DNA of 63,849 nucleotides from Gracilinanus agilis (lineage: Eukaryota), in contig NC_058131.1 of the NCBI RefSeq assembly GCF_016433145.1, positions 556,366,887 to 556,430,735 on the forward strand. Direction: 5' to 3'. The notes under the pieces are model-generated. The model made no database searches. It was given only the letters and a program-made list of their open reading frames with translations, and was not told where the DNA came from. Shown piece by piece: positions 11,298 through 22,789 of the stretch (position 1 is its first letter; every line of letters starts with the position of its first letter). The position numbers and the translations under genes are program-made.

Positions 11298-11509
11298 AGA
11301 AATACAGAGACAGACTGAACAAATTAAATGAGCCAAAATTTTTGTTCTCTATATATCTTTAAACATAGTTTGAAGGCAATCTTTCAAGATCCTTGTAATA
11401 AGTTCCCTTGGCTTGTTTATTTTATCTTGAATTCAGTCTGAACAGTATTAATTACTGATGTTCTTGTAGCTCCAAAAATATTTTCTCAGTTCTTAGTCAT
11501 ACAGCAATC

Positions 11510-11830
11510 ATAAACATGAATGTGATAAATTCATTCATAAAATGGAAGAGGATAGGAGAAGTCTTTGGAAACCAAACTCCAATAACATATTGTTTATAAG
11601 AAAAACACTTTAAATAGAAAGATTCACATCAAATTAAAATAAGAGACTATAATTGAATTTATTATTCTTCAGGTAAAGTAAAATAAAAAGATGAGTAACA
11701 ATCATGATCTCAGAAAAAAGAAAATTATAAGAGATAAACAGGAAATTACATTTTGCCAAAAGGTACAACAACCAATAAAGTAGCATCAATACCAAACACA
11801 TATGCACCAAATGGCATAGCTTCCAAATGC
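11510..11830 (+). mobile_element. Old L1 ORF2 endonuclease fragment
   Basis: Degenerate homologue of the L1 endonuclease region at 13010-13340. Confidence 0.6.
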
Positions 11831-11911
11831 AGTTACTAAGTATAATTCAAATATCATGGAGTCACAGTCAGGATTACATAAGACTAAAGAACTTCTACAT
11901 TAAAAGATCAG

Positions 11912-12245
11912 AAGAAATTGAATATAATGGACTTTTCTACCAGTATCAACGCAATGACTCAGGACAGTTTAGAGGAACTTAGGAGAAAGAATGCTATCCA
12001 CATCCAGAGAAAAATCTATGGAACCAGAAATGCATTAAAAATTTTGTGATTGACCACATAGTGATTAGGGTTTTGATGTTAAAGAATCGCTCTACTGCAA
12101 ATATGAATAACATGGAAATAGGTTTTGAACAATGATACATATAACCCAGTGGAACTTCTTGTCAGCTTTGGGAGGGGGAGGAGAAAGTGAGGGGGATCAT
12201 GAATCATGTAACCATGGGAAAATATTCTAAATTAAAAAAATATTT
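11912..12245 (+). mobile_element. 5'-truncated L1 3'UTR insertion
   Basis: L1 3'UTR with G-rich tract and A tail, flanked by TAAAAGATCA duplicates. Confidence 0.75.
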
Positions 12246-13391
12246 TTAAAAGATCAAAAGACTTGGAATATGATGTTCTGTGGAATAAGCAAACTAGGCT
12301 TACAACCAAGAATCACCTACCTAGCAAGAGCAAAATGGTTCTTTAATAAAAATAGAAGACTTCCAAGAAGCTTGATGAAAAGATCAGACCTAAACAGAAA
12401 ATTTAATGTTCAACTACATGACTCAAGGGAAGCATAAAAAAGTAAATAAGAGAGAACATTTAGGGCATTTAATGAAGTCAACTGTTTATATTCCTACATG
12501 GAAAGAAAATATTTGTAGTTCTTAAAATTTTTATCAGTATTAGAACAGTTAAAAGGAATAAAGATACAGTGGGTGTAGAAGTAAGCTGATTAGGATGACA
12601 TGATGTGCAAAAAAATTTTTAAAAATCAAGGGGTACAAAAGAATATTGTGCTAAGAGAGAGTTAGAATAGGGTAAATTATCTCACCTACAGAGGTATAAA
12701 AAACTACTAGAGTAGAGAAGAGGATGAAAGTGGTGATTGGCAATGCTTAAAACTTACTCTAATCAGCATTGGCTTATAGAAAGAATAACAACCATACTTA
12801 TTTGGGTATAGAATCCTAACATATTATAGAGAAGTAGGAGGGAAATAATATAAGAGGTAATAGAAGGGAAGGGGAAGTGGGGAAATGATGGTTTAAAGTA
12901 AAATACTTATGAGGAAGGACAGAGTGAAAGGAAAGAAAAAGAACAGGATCAAAAGGGAAAAATAAGATTAAGGGGAATACACAGTTGGTAATCATAACTA
13001 TGAAGACAAATGGCATGAACTCACCCATAAAATGGAAGCAGAAAGGAGAGTAGACTAAAACAGATTCCTATAATATATTGTTTCCAAAAAAAAAATTTTG
13101 AAACAAGGAGACATACACAGAGTATAGATAAGGGGCTGGGACAGAATTTGTTATGGTTTTGCTGAAGTAAAAAAAAAAGCAGTGGTAGTAATCATGATCT
13201 CAAACAGAGCTAAAGCAAAAATAGATCTTATTAAAAGAGATAAGGAAGGAAATTACATCTTGATAAAAGTTACTATAGACAACATTGTAGTGTCAATGCT
13301 AAACATACTTGTACCACATCGTATAGCCTCCAGATTTTTAAAGGAGAATTTAAATGAGCTTCATGAGGAAATAGTAAAACTATATTAGTAG

Positions 13392-14201
13392 TGTAGAAAT
13401 GATAATAAATAATGGAAATGGAGACACCAGGGTTATTATAATAAAACTAAGTGATTGTGGGTTTACACACTCGGTTGTAGGAGAGACTAGACCAGGTTGG
13501 AAGACCAGAGGTCAGCTATGCTGCTGCTAACTGACAAAATGGCTGTTGATCAACTGTCACCCTGGGCCAGAGGCAGGCAAACAAGCAGGCAAGGTAAAAG
13601 GGGTTTAACAGCTTTATTTATGTTAACTAAAAGGTGGGATAGGGATTTCTACTCTAAAACCCTTAAAACCTAATGACAAAACCACAGAGAAAGGGGAGGA
13701 TTTTCCCTACACTAACTTAGTGACCTAAACAGACAGGGCCCAAGGAGCTGTAATGGAGTCTCTGGGTGACTGCCTCAGACCTGGACCTGCCAGGCTTGAG
13801 CAGCACAGCTAAGGGCTGATGTGGCTTTGGAGTTCTCACTGTAATCCACCAATGATCTCTGGATGCCAAGAGCCAAGGTGGTCTCAGGTACCAACTTGAG
13901 AGGGTGTGCTTGAGACACTGTCCACCAGATCCCAAACTTCTCCTCTTCCCTTGGTACTGCACTGAAGATCTTGTCCTCTTTGCTAGATGCCACCAGGGAA
14001 AATCAGGATGCAGGTTGTCCTTTACTCTGAGATCTCCCAGGGCTAACCACAATTTGTGCAAACCCCTAATGGAGTCCCTCTCAGAGCACAAGTCACTTCT
14101 TCCTGCTCCTTCATTCCATCTTGGAATTCCCAGCTCCAGCTCCTTCCTGCTAGATACACCTTAATTCTTAATTCTTAATTAATCTAATCTTCCTCACAAC
14201 A
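13392..14201 (-). mobile_element. Solo LTR (family A, 810 bp)
   Basis: TG...CA ends, exact 4-bp TSD GTAG (13388-13391 / 14202-14205). L1 sequence is continuous across it. AATAAA on minus strand at 13613-13618. Confidence 0.9.
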
Positions 14202-15605
14202 GTAGGTAACTTCAACTTTGGCCTCTCAGATAAATCTAATTTAAAAAATAGGAAAAAGAGAAGTAAATGAAAATTTAGAAAATGAGATTTAATAGAACTC
14301 TGGAGTAAATTTAATGAGAATAGAAAAGAATATATCTTATTTTCAGTAATACATAACACCTACGCAAAATTTTACCATGTATTAGGGCACAAAATCTTTA
14401 CAACAAAATGCAGAAAAGCAAAAATAATAAATGCATTTTAGGTCATATTGCAATAAAAGCATAATTACTAAGGGTATGTGGAAATTCAAATAAAAATTAA
14501 TTTTAATCTAAATAATTTAATTCTAAAAAAGGAGTGGGACAAAGAACAAATTATAAAAAACAACCAATAATTTCACTTAAAAGGGTGACAATGAAAAAAC
14601 AACATATAAAAATTTATGGGAAAAGACAAGGCAATATTTAAGGGAAAATTTATATTTCTAAACACTTACAATGAAATGAAATAAAGCATATCAATTAATT
14701 GGGCATGCAATTTAAAAAACTATAAAAAGAACAAATGATAAATCCTTATTAAAGACTAAATTGGGAATCCTAGAAATAAAAGGAGAAATTAACAAAATGT
14801 AAAGAGAAATACTGAAAAAATAAATAAAAGTAGGAGTTGAATTTATGAAAATACAAATAAAATAAGAGTATTAGTTCATTTGATTTTTTTAAAAAGTAAG
14901 AAAAATCAAATTACCAGTATAAAAAATGAGAAGAGTCAACTTACCACTAATGAAGAGGAAGTTAAAGCAATCATTATATGACAACAAATCTGACAATCTA
15001 ATTTAAATCAATGGATATTTATAAAAATATAAATCAACTAGATTATTAAAAAAGGAAATAGAATACTTAAATAATTCCATCTCAGGAAATGATATCTTGG
15101 GCCATCAATTAACTGCCTAAGAAAAATCCCCATCACAAGTGAGCTCTATCAGACATTGAAAGAACAATTAATCCCAATAATACATAAACTATTTGGGAAA
15201 ATAAGTAAAGAATCCTACCAAATTCTTTTTATGACACAAATATGATGGTAGTACCTAAGCCAGGAAGAGGAAAAAGAGAGGCAAAAAGTTATAGGCCAAT
15301 TTCTTTAATGATTATAGTGGAAAATTTTTGAAACAAAATACTAGCAAGGAGACTATAGCAATATATCACAAGGATCATTCAGTATGATCAGATATAAAAC
15401 AGTTTGTAAACAAATAAAGTCAGATCTAAACAACTGGAAAAGTATTAATTGCTCATGGGTAGGCCAAGCTAATATAATAAAAATGAAAATTCTGCCTAAA
15501 TTAACAAATTTATTCAGTGCCACACCAAACTATCAAAAATATTTCATATAACTATAAAAATAATAACAAAATTTATCTGTAGGAAAAATATCAAGAACAT
15601 CAAGG

Positions 15606-16206
15606 TATTATGGGAGACCTAGAGATAAACTCGGCTGAGAGGGCACTCTTGTCAGGAATGACAAGCTCCAATAATTAGCTTAAGAATAGAAATATGTATG
15701 TATTAATATTAATAAATATTATTGATTAAGTTGAATTATTGAGATGAATGGCTGGGAGGCAGGAGCTTTTGGAATACTGCCTCCCTGAGGAGATGAAGAT
15801 TTGGATTAATATACCCTCTGGACAAAAAAGGTTACATGATTCAGAGTGGGATGATGATGGGATAATGGAGTGATTTTTTTTTTGAGACTCTGAAATCTGA
15901 GATAGGTCATGTGATTATGTCTTTTGCCTCAAAGTCAAAAGGGGGTGACCTGTCCAGTTCAGTGGAAGATCAGATATTTGAGACACAAAATAAAAGCATA
16001 TCAGAAACACAACAGGAGGTGCCCATCTATGCTCATCAAAAATGAGGAGAAAAGACAGAGTGAATATTGTTCTCAGCTCAAACTCACCTTCCCATAGCCA
16101 GTACTTAAGGAATGCAAGGAGAAAAGGAATTCTTTGTGTGTTTTTTTTTACCTACGATACTTTTGGAGTTTGGGGGCATCTATGGAATGCTTGTGCCCCC
16201 ATGTCA
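15606..16206. mobile_element. Solo LTR (601 bp)
   Basis: TA(TG)...CA ends, near-TSD AAGG/AAGA. L1 ORF2 resumes across it. Confidence 0.75.
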
Positions 16207-16833
16207 AAGAGAATTGATGAAAAAATGTGAAGGAAAGTATCTAAGCTATACTATAAGGCAGTAAGCCTCAAAACAATCTGATACTGACCAAGAAATAGAA
16301 TGGTGGATCAATGGAATAGATTAAATACATATTATACAGGGAATAAAAGACCTCAGTAATCTAGTGTTTGGTAAACCTAAGGATTCTTGCTTTTGGAATA
16401 AAAACTCACTATTTGACAAAAACTGCTGGGAAAACTTAACAACATAATGGCAGAAAGTAGGTATAACCAATATCTCACACCCTGTACCAAGATGAGGTCA
16501 AAATAGGTGCATAATTTAGACATAAGGGGTGATACCATAAGTTAATTAAGGAAATATATAAGTTTACCTATAAAATCTATGAAGAAGGGAAGAATTTTTT
16601 TACTGAAAAGGAGATAGAAAACATTACAAGATATAAAATGAATCATTTTGATTATATTAAATTAAAAAGGCTTTGTACAAACAAGTGCAGTATAGTCAAG
16701 ATTAGAAGGGAAACAACAAATGAAAAGACATTTTTATAGTAAATTTTTCTGATAAAGCTCTCATTTCTCAAATATAGAGAACTAAGTCAAATTTATAAGA
16801 ATACAGGTCATTCCCTAATTGACAAACGGTTTT

Positions 16834-17662
16834 TGTGGAGGCTTAAACATAAGCATACATCTTTTATGACATCCTGATCATAAAGGTGGGTAAGTTCACT
16901 ATCTTTTTTAAAAAATATTTATTAATATTTATTTTTTAGAAAAGTTAACATGGTTACATAATTCATGCTCTTACTTTCCTCTTCACCCCCTGAGATCCTC
17001 CCCCCGCCATGGTTGATGTGTATTTCCACTGGTTTTAACATTTGTCATTGATCAAGACCTATTTCCAAATTGTTGAACCATTGGTGTGGTTCTTTTGAGT
17101 CTACATCCCCAATCATGTCCACCTCAACCCATGTGTTCAAGCAGTTGTTTTTCTTCTGTTTCCACTCCTGTAGTTCTTCCTCTGAATGTGGTTAGTGTTC
17201 TTTTCCATAAATCCCTCAGAATTGTCCTGGGTCATTGCAGTAAGTTAACTATCTTAAGAAACCTAGTGATGTTTGAGATCATAAGTGATGTTTGGGATGC
17301 AAACATGGGGTATCCCTCTGTGCTAAAACCCTTATCATAAAGCTACAAGCCAAGGATCCTTTGTATATTCAGCCACTTCTTGGGCCACAGTAGGCTGGCT
17401 TTGTCCCTGCAGCCCAGCAGGTGTGAAGTTCTTCATGTTGTCTTTGACCTATGGTTTCATGTGCTGATGAGGTAAGAAAAATGCCATTCCTCTGTAGTCA
17501 ACATTCTAGTGGTGAGCCTCTAGGAACTTAACTAGGTTCTCTCTCAGATGGCAGGCACACAGACATCTCTGTCTCATCCTGTAACACTTAAATTTGGTAA
17601 CTGGACTGAGAACACTAGATTACTGAATTCATTAACTTCTGCTCAGTGTGTATCTTCCTACA
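16834..17662. mobile_element. LTR-like element at the junction of two opposed L1s
   Basis: TGTGG...CTACA ends with unique internal sequence. No matching TSD. Confidence 0.6.
16906..17239 (-). mobile_element. 5'-truncated L1 3'UTR insertion inside the LTR
   Basis: Antisense L1 3' end. 16-bp TSD GTAAGTT(C/A)ACTATCTT at 16890-16905 / 17240-17255. Confidence 0.85.
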
Positions 17663-19300
17663 TTGATCTCCTCTCTATTTTATAGACAATATCAGGTCAT
17701 TCTGATGATGAATGCTTTGTAATATAGTTTGATATCTGGTACTGCTAAGACACTTTCCTTCACATTTTTTTTTTTCATTAATGTCCTTAATATTCTTGAC
17801 CCTTTCTTCTTCCATATGAATTTTGTTAAAAATTGTTATACCTTTATAAAATAAATTTTTGCTAACTTAGTTGGCATCAAACTGAATAATTAAATTAATT
17901 TAGGTAGAATTGATATGTTTATTATATTGGTTTGGTCTACTCATTAGCAATTAATATTTCTCTATCTATTTTTTATATGAAAAGTGGTTGGTTTTTTGTA
18001 ATTATGTTTATATACTAGCTGTGTTGAGATAACAGTACCATGTTTGTGTCATAGAAGAGAAGCCATAGGGCTCCTTGTTTGCCTATTTTCAAAATATTTA
18101 CATATTATTAGAATTTAAATATTTGATAGAACTTATTTGTGAATACTTTTGGTCCTCATGGTTTTTTTTTTTCTTATAGAGTTAATTGACAGCTTATTCA
18201 GTTTATTTTTCTTAAGTAAGGTTATTCTATCTCTTCTTTTGTTAGTTTGGGCAATTTTTGTATTTTTGTAAATATACAACAACTTCATTTGGATTGTCAA
18301 ATTTATTGGCATATAATTAGGCAAAATAGCTCCTAATAATTGCTTTAATTTCTTCATTGGTAGTGAGTTCTTTCTTCTCATTTTTTTATTCTGGTAATTT
18401 GGTCTCTTTTTTACATTTTGTTTTTTAACCTAGGATTTTAAATTAGTTCTTTTTATATATTTTTAATTGCATACCCAGTACATCAGTCTACTCTTTTTTT
18501 CTATTTTATGGATGTAAGCATTAAGAGATATAAACTTCTCCCCAAGTACTGCTTTGGTTGCATCCCATAAATTTTGGTATGCTCTCTCTTTGTTGTCATT
18601 CTCTTGGAATTACTGATTTTTCCATGATTTGTTCTTTGACATTTCATTCTTTAAGATTAGATTTAATTTCAAATTAATTTTTAATCTGTTTCCATGGTCC
18701 TTCATTGAATTTAGTTTTTATTTCATTATGGTCTGAAAATGATGTGTTTAGTATTTCTTCTTTTCTGACTTTGTAAGGTTTTTTGCCTTGAAACGTGGTC
18801 AGTTTTTGTGAAGGTGCCACGCACAGCTGAGAAAGAAGTATACTCCTTTCTTTCCCATTCAATTTTCACCTATTTACCATTTCTAACTTTTCTAAAATTT
18901 TATCTATCTCTTTAAATACCTTCATATTTATTTTATAATAAGATTAATATAATTCTCAGAAAAGAAAGTTGAAGTCTCCATTCATCATAATCAACTCACC
19001 CCATGTCCTCTTTCTAGGTATATTTCTTACAAGTGCCCTAATAATGATAAAGTTCTTAAGAGTTATAAATATCATCTTCCCATATCACAATATAAACATT
19101 TTAATCTTATTTATTTTCTTCTAATTTCTTTTTCATCTTTACCTTTTTATGATTCTCTTGAGTCTCATATTTAAAAGTCAAATTTTCTCTTCATCTCTGA
19201 TTTTTTTCATCAGGAATGCTTAAAAGTCATCCATTTCATTATATATCCATTTTTCCATCTGATGGATTATAATCATTCTTGTAAAAATAAGATTTTGAGC
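17663..19300 (-). mobile_element. Degenerate L1 (ORF1/ORF2 pieces)
   Basis: T-rich antisense of ORF2 blocks; mirrors 16210-16310. Confidence 0.8.
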
Positions 19301-19363
19301 TTTTTCCTTGACACCATTCCCAGGTACAAGTGGAAGAATCAAATATTTTCAGAACTGGTTCCC

Positions 19364-19418
19364 TGTGTGTGTGTGTATGTGTGAGTGTGCGCATGCGTGT
19401 GCGTGCGTGTGTGTGTGT
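19364..19418. repeat. (TG)n/(CG)-mixed alternating purine-pyrimidine tract
   Basis: Directly visible. Confidence 0.85.
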
Positions 19419-20410
19419 TTATTTGGGAAAATGGCTCGTTTATAAGTGAAGCAAATAAAATTATCTCTTTTTCCACCAGCATGGTCAGTGTGCAAAAGAA
19501 ACAAAGCATCCTTAAAGAATGAATAATTACTTTAATAACAATTTCAGAAGCACAATGTGCTTGGCACAATACACAAGAAATATATAGATGTTCTTGAAGT
19601 TTCCAAGATCATTGACTAAATTGTCCATTAGCCATCTCAATGTTTGGCATTGTATAGTTGCAACAATTGTCTTATTATCTGAAATCCAAAGCAATTTCTT
19701 TTAACCAATATTATGGTTCAAATGTTTGTACTGCTATTATATTGAACAACACCCATGAACAAAGTTGACCCTTTTCGCTGTATTATACAAATAAAAACAC
19801 TGAACTGAGGGCAATGACAATTGCACACTTCTCCATTACCTATTCTACAATGCCTCTTCATCCAAAAAATATGCATTCTCCTCCAGTTGTAGATTTTCCT
19901 CTGTTCTACTTAAGTTGCTTGTGGAACTTGGGCTAGAAGGACTATGGCCAGGAAACTGAACCAACTATAAAAGGCACCTTACAAAATTTATAGTAGATGT
20001 AGATAGGGACTTAATTCCTCCTTACCTTTATTATTTCAAGAAATATAAAAATCTGTGATGCAAATTCAATATTACTCCAATATTTATTTTTTCTCTCAAT
20101 GTTAAATATTCTTGTGCAATCGCTCTTTAGTTCCCATTTGAATGGAAAATATAATCTACATTCTCAGTCGTGCAAGGGAAACAACCTGATAATAAATTTA
20201 TTATAATATATTCTATTTTAATCCCATTTTAGCAAAGGTTGATGAATGAATCCTAATCCACATTATTAGTTAAAATTAGGAACAGATTCCATCCATTTTT
20301 TTCCCATTTTAGAGACAATAATGAAGCTAACCATCCCAATTCATTAATAGATTTTTATGGTCTTGAAGGATATATGTCTTAGAAGGCTTATTTCTCATGG
20401 TAGTCATCCA

Positions 20411-21343
20411 TTATTTCCAGGAGATGATATAACGGTTCCTTAATTTCCTCATGGCAGATTTGACATCTTCATTCCTAAGAGAGTATATGATGGGGTTCAA
20501 GAGAGGGGTACAAACGGTATAAAAGACAGAAAGAAATTTATCTATAGAGAGTCTGCTAAAGGGCCATATATAAAAGTAGATGCATGGCCCAAAGAAAAGT
20601 ATTACAACTGTGATGTGAGCTGTTAAGGTTGAGAGAGCCTTAGATGATCCACTTGAGGAACGGCGCCGGACAATGACTAATATGACAGTATAAGAAATAA
20701 TTAAGGCTAGGAAACAGCTCAAAGAGATCAGGCCACTGTTGGTTAATGTCATAATCTCCATTTCATAAGTATTCATGCAGGCCAACTCAATCACCAGGGG
20801 GAGGTCACAAAAAAAACTATCTACTTCATTTGGCCCACAAAATGGCAGATCTACTGTAAAGGCCAAGTGGCTCACAGAGTGAAGAATCCCCACAGCCCAA
20901 GATATAGCCACAAAAATTATGCAAAGTCTCCGATTCATAATAGAGCTGTAGTGTAGAGGTTTACATATAGCTATAAATCTATCATAGGCCATTGCTACCA
21001 ACAGCATCATCTCACTTCCCACAAAACTATGAAGGAGGAATATCTGGGCCATGCATCCCTCAAAGGAGATGGTCTTTTTTTCCACAAGAAAATCAGCAAT
21101 CATTTTGGGTGTGGCAAAATTGGACTGACAGATGTCAATGAAGGAGAGGTTGCTGAGCAGGAAGTACATGGGAGAGTTCAAATGGGAATCAGAGACAATG
21201 GTCAGGATGATTATAATGTTTCCCAGTACAGATGCCACATAGACTATGGTGAAGATCACAAAGAAGAAAAACTGAAGTTCCTGAGAATTGGAGAGCCCCA
21301 GCAATACAAACTCTGATACCACTGATTGATTTCCTCCAGCCAT
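20411..21343 (-). CDS. OR4K1: Olfactory receptor, OR4K1 orthologue (310 aa)
   Basis: Intact 7TM ORF with LNSPMY, MAYDRFIAIC, KALSTLTAH and PLLNPIIYSLRN. OR4K1-diagnostic strings ICQSNFATPK and TYEMEIMTLTNSGLISLSC (recalled). Splice acceptor at 21370-21371. Confidence 0.95.
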   Translation of the reverse strand: MAGGNQSVVSEFVLLGLSNSQELQFFFFVIFTIVYVASVLGNIIIILTIVSDSHLNSPMYFLLSNLSFIDICQSNFATPKMIADFLVEKKTISFEGCMAQIFLLHSFVGSEMMLLVAMAYDRFIAICKPLHYSSIMNRRLCIIFVAISWAVGILHSVSHLAFTVDLPFCGPNEVDSFFCDLPLVIELACMNTYEMEIMTLTNSGLISLSCFLALIISYTVILVIVRRRSSSGSSKALSTLTAHITVVILFFGPCIYFYIWPFSRLSIDKFLSVFYTVCTPLLNPIIYSLRNEDVKSAMRKLRNRYIISWK

Positions 21344-22252
21344 TTATTCAGTCTACAAGGTGTTACCACCTAAAGAGAAGAAAATTAAGGAAGAAATAAT
21401 CAACTGATTGTATTGTAATGTACATTAAATACCAGCTGATTTTTTCTTATAAAAAGGAATATTAGTTTTATAATTTTATGCCAAAATCAGAAAACAACTA
21501 TTTGTAATATTAATCAAAAAAAGCATTTTGTGGGTATCTATTATGTATAGAGACAATAATCAATTGTACTTTATTATACTCTATAAAACCCTTGTACATA
21601 ATCCATCATGCTCTAATATGTAACTATAATACTTTAATAGATGAGTATTTCTGCTATTTTTAATTCTCCCAACCCTATTATACTCTAGTAGATATATTAA
21701 GGGGATTTGAGATTCAGACATATAAAGATAAATTATATGGACAATCTACCTATGACAAATAAATGGTAATTTAATAGATAAATGAGAGATCTAGGAGAAG
21801 TCATTCTAAGATAGAATGGAAAAAAGGCTTGACAGAAAACAGAATTGACTTGACTATAGATCAATTAATGAGGTTTAAATAGGCAGAAAAGAAGGGTCAA
21901 GCACTTCAAGAATGGGAAATTATATGAATAAAGGTGAAGTGGAGAGGTATGTTTAGTAGACTAGTCCAATCTGAGCAGAAAGGATCAACATAGGGAGTGG
22001 TCAGAAGAGATAAGACTTAAAAGACTGGAGTCAGATGGTGGAGGGTTTTGAGCATTAGTATATGTAGTTGAGGCTCTATCCTATTTGAAACAAGGATTCA
22101 AGAAAAGTTTTAAAGAGAGTAATGTGATTAGACCAATTTTAAGGACAACAATTGCAATAGTTTATATTTGTTTAGTCATTTACCACTTCTAATAATCTTT
22201 TCATTGTTTAATCTTTTTAAAAACCCTGACATGAAATTGAAAGCAAGTATTT

Positions 22253-22376
22253 TCATTCATTCGTAAGTGAGCAAATTATTCAATAAACTTTTATTAAGCA
22301 CTTACTATATGCCAAGTATAGCACTAGGCACTGTAGTAACAATGAAAATGGAAGAATTCCTGCCCTAAAAGAGTTT
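22253..22376 (-). mobile_element. L2 3' fragment
   Basis: 'ttcaataaacttttattaagcacttactatatgccaag' L2 tail motif. Confidence 0.6.
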
Positions 22377-22500
22377 AAAAAAACAAAGTTAGCAGCAACT
22401 AACTGATTAAGGCCAGACCTAAACAACACATGCCATAAAGACCAGAGCCATAACTCAAACTTAGGTTTACATATGCCATCTTCAGCAGGGTTGTTTTTTT

Positions 22501-22501
22501 T

Positions 22502-22534
<33 letters not shown>

Positions 22535-22535
22535 T
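22501..22535. repeat. (TTG)n microsatellite
   Basis: Directly visible. Confidence 0.9.
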
Positions 22536-22789
22536 TTGTGGCTTGCTTGCCTGTTTCCTTTACCTTTATACCAAACTGGTTCAGGCATAGACAAGGTGAA
22601 GAGACTATATGTTGGGGAGACATTAGTGAAATATGTTAAAACTCTGTAAAGACATTTCAACAGCAGCTTTTTAGATACATACATGCCATGCTGAAAGTAC
22701 AAATTTGAAATGTTACAGTGGTGTTCAGAGACTCCAATCTAATACCAGCATGGATATTTGGCAGTATTTCATCACCCAAAGGTAGCTCT

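Larger units (their letters stand above)
12250..16830 (+). mobile_element. Degenerate L1 (ORF1 end, spacer, ORF2 with internal deletion), interrupted by two solo LTRs
   Basis: Endonuclease remnant (DLIKRDKEGNYILIK) and later ORF2 blocks. RT core missing around 15390. Ends abruptly at ~16830. Confidence 0.85.

Noticed and set aside
13717-14091. 124-aa ORF with a near-identical partner at 55558-55770, suggesting a gene family
   Set aside because: Both lie within copies of the same LTR.
13392-14201. Candidate missing 5' LTR of the provirus
   Set aside because: Unrelated in sequence to 3269-3945, has its own GTAG TSD, and lies outside the split SINE.
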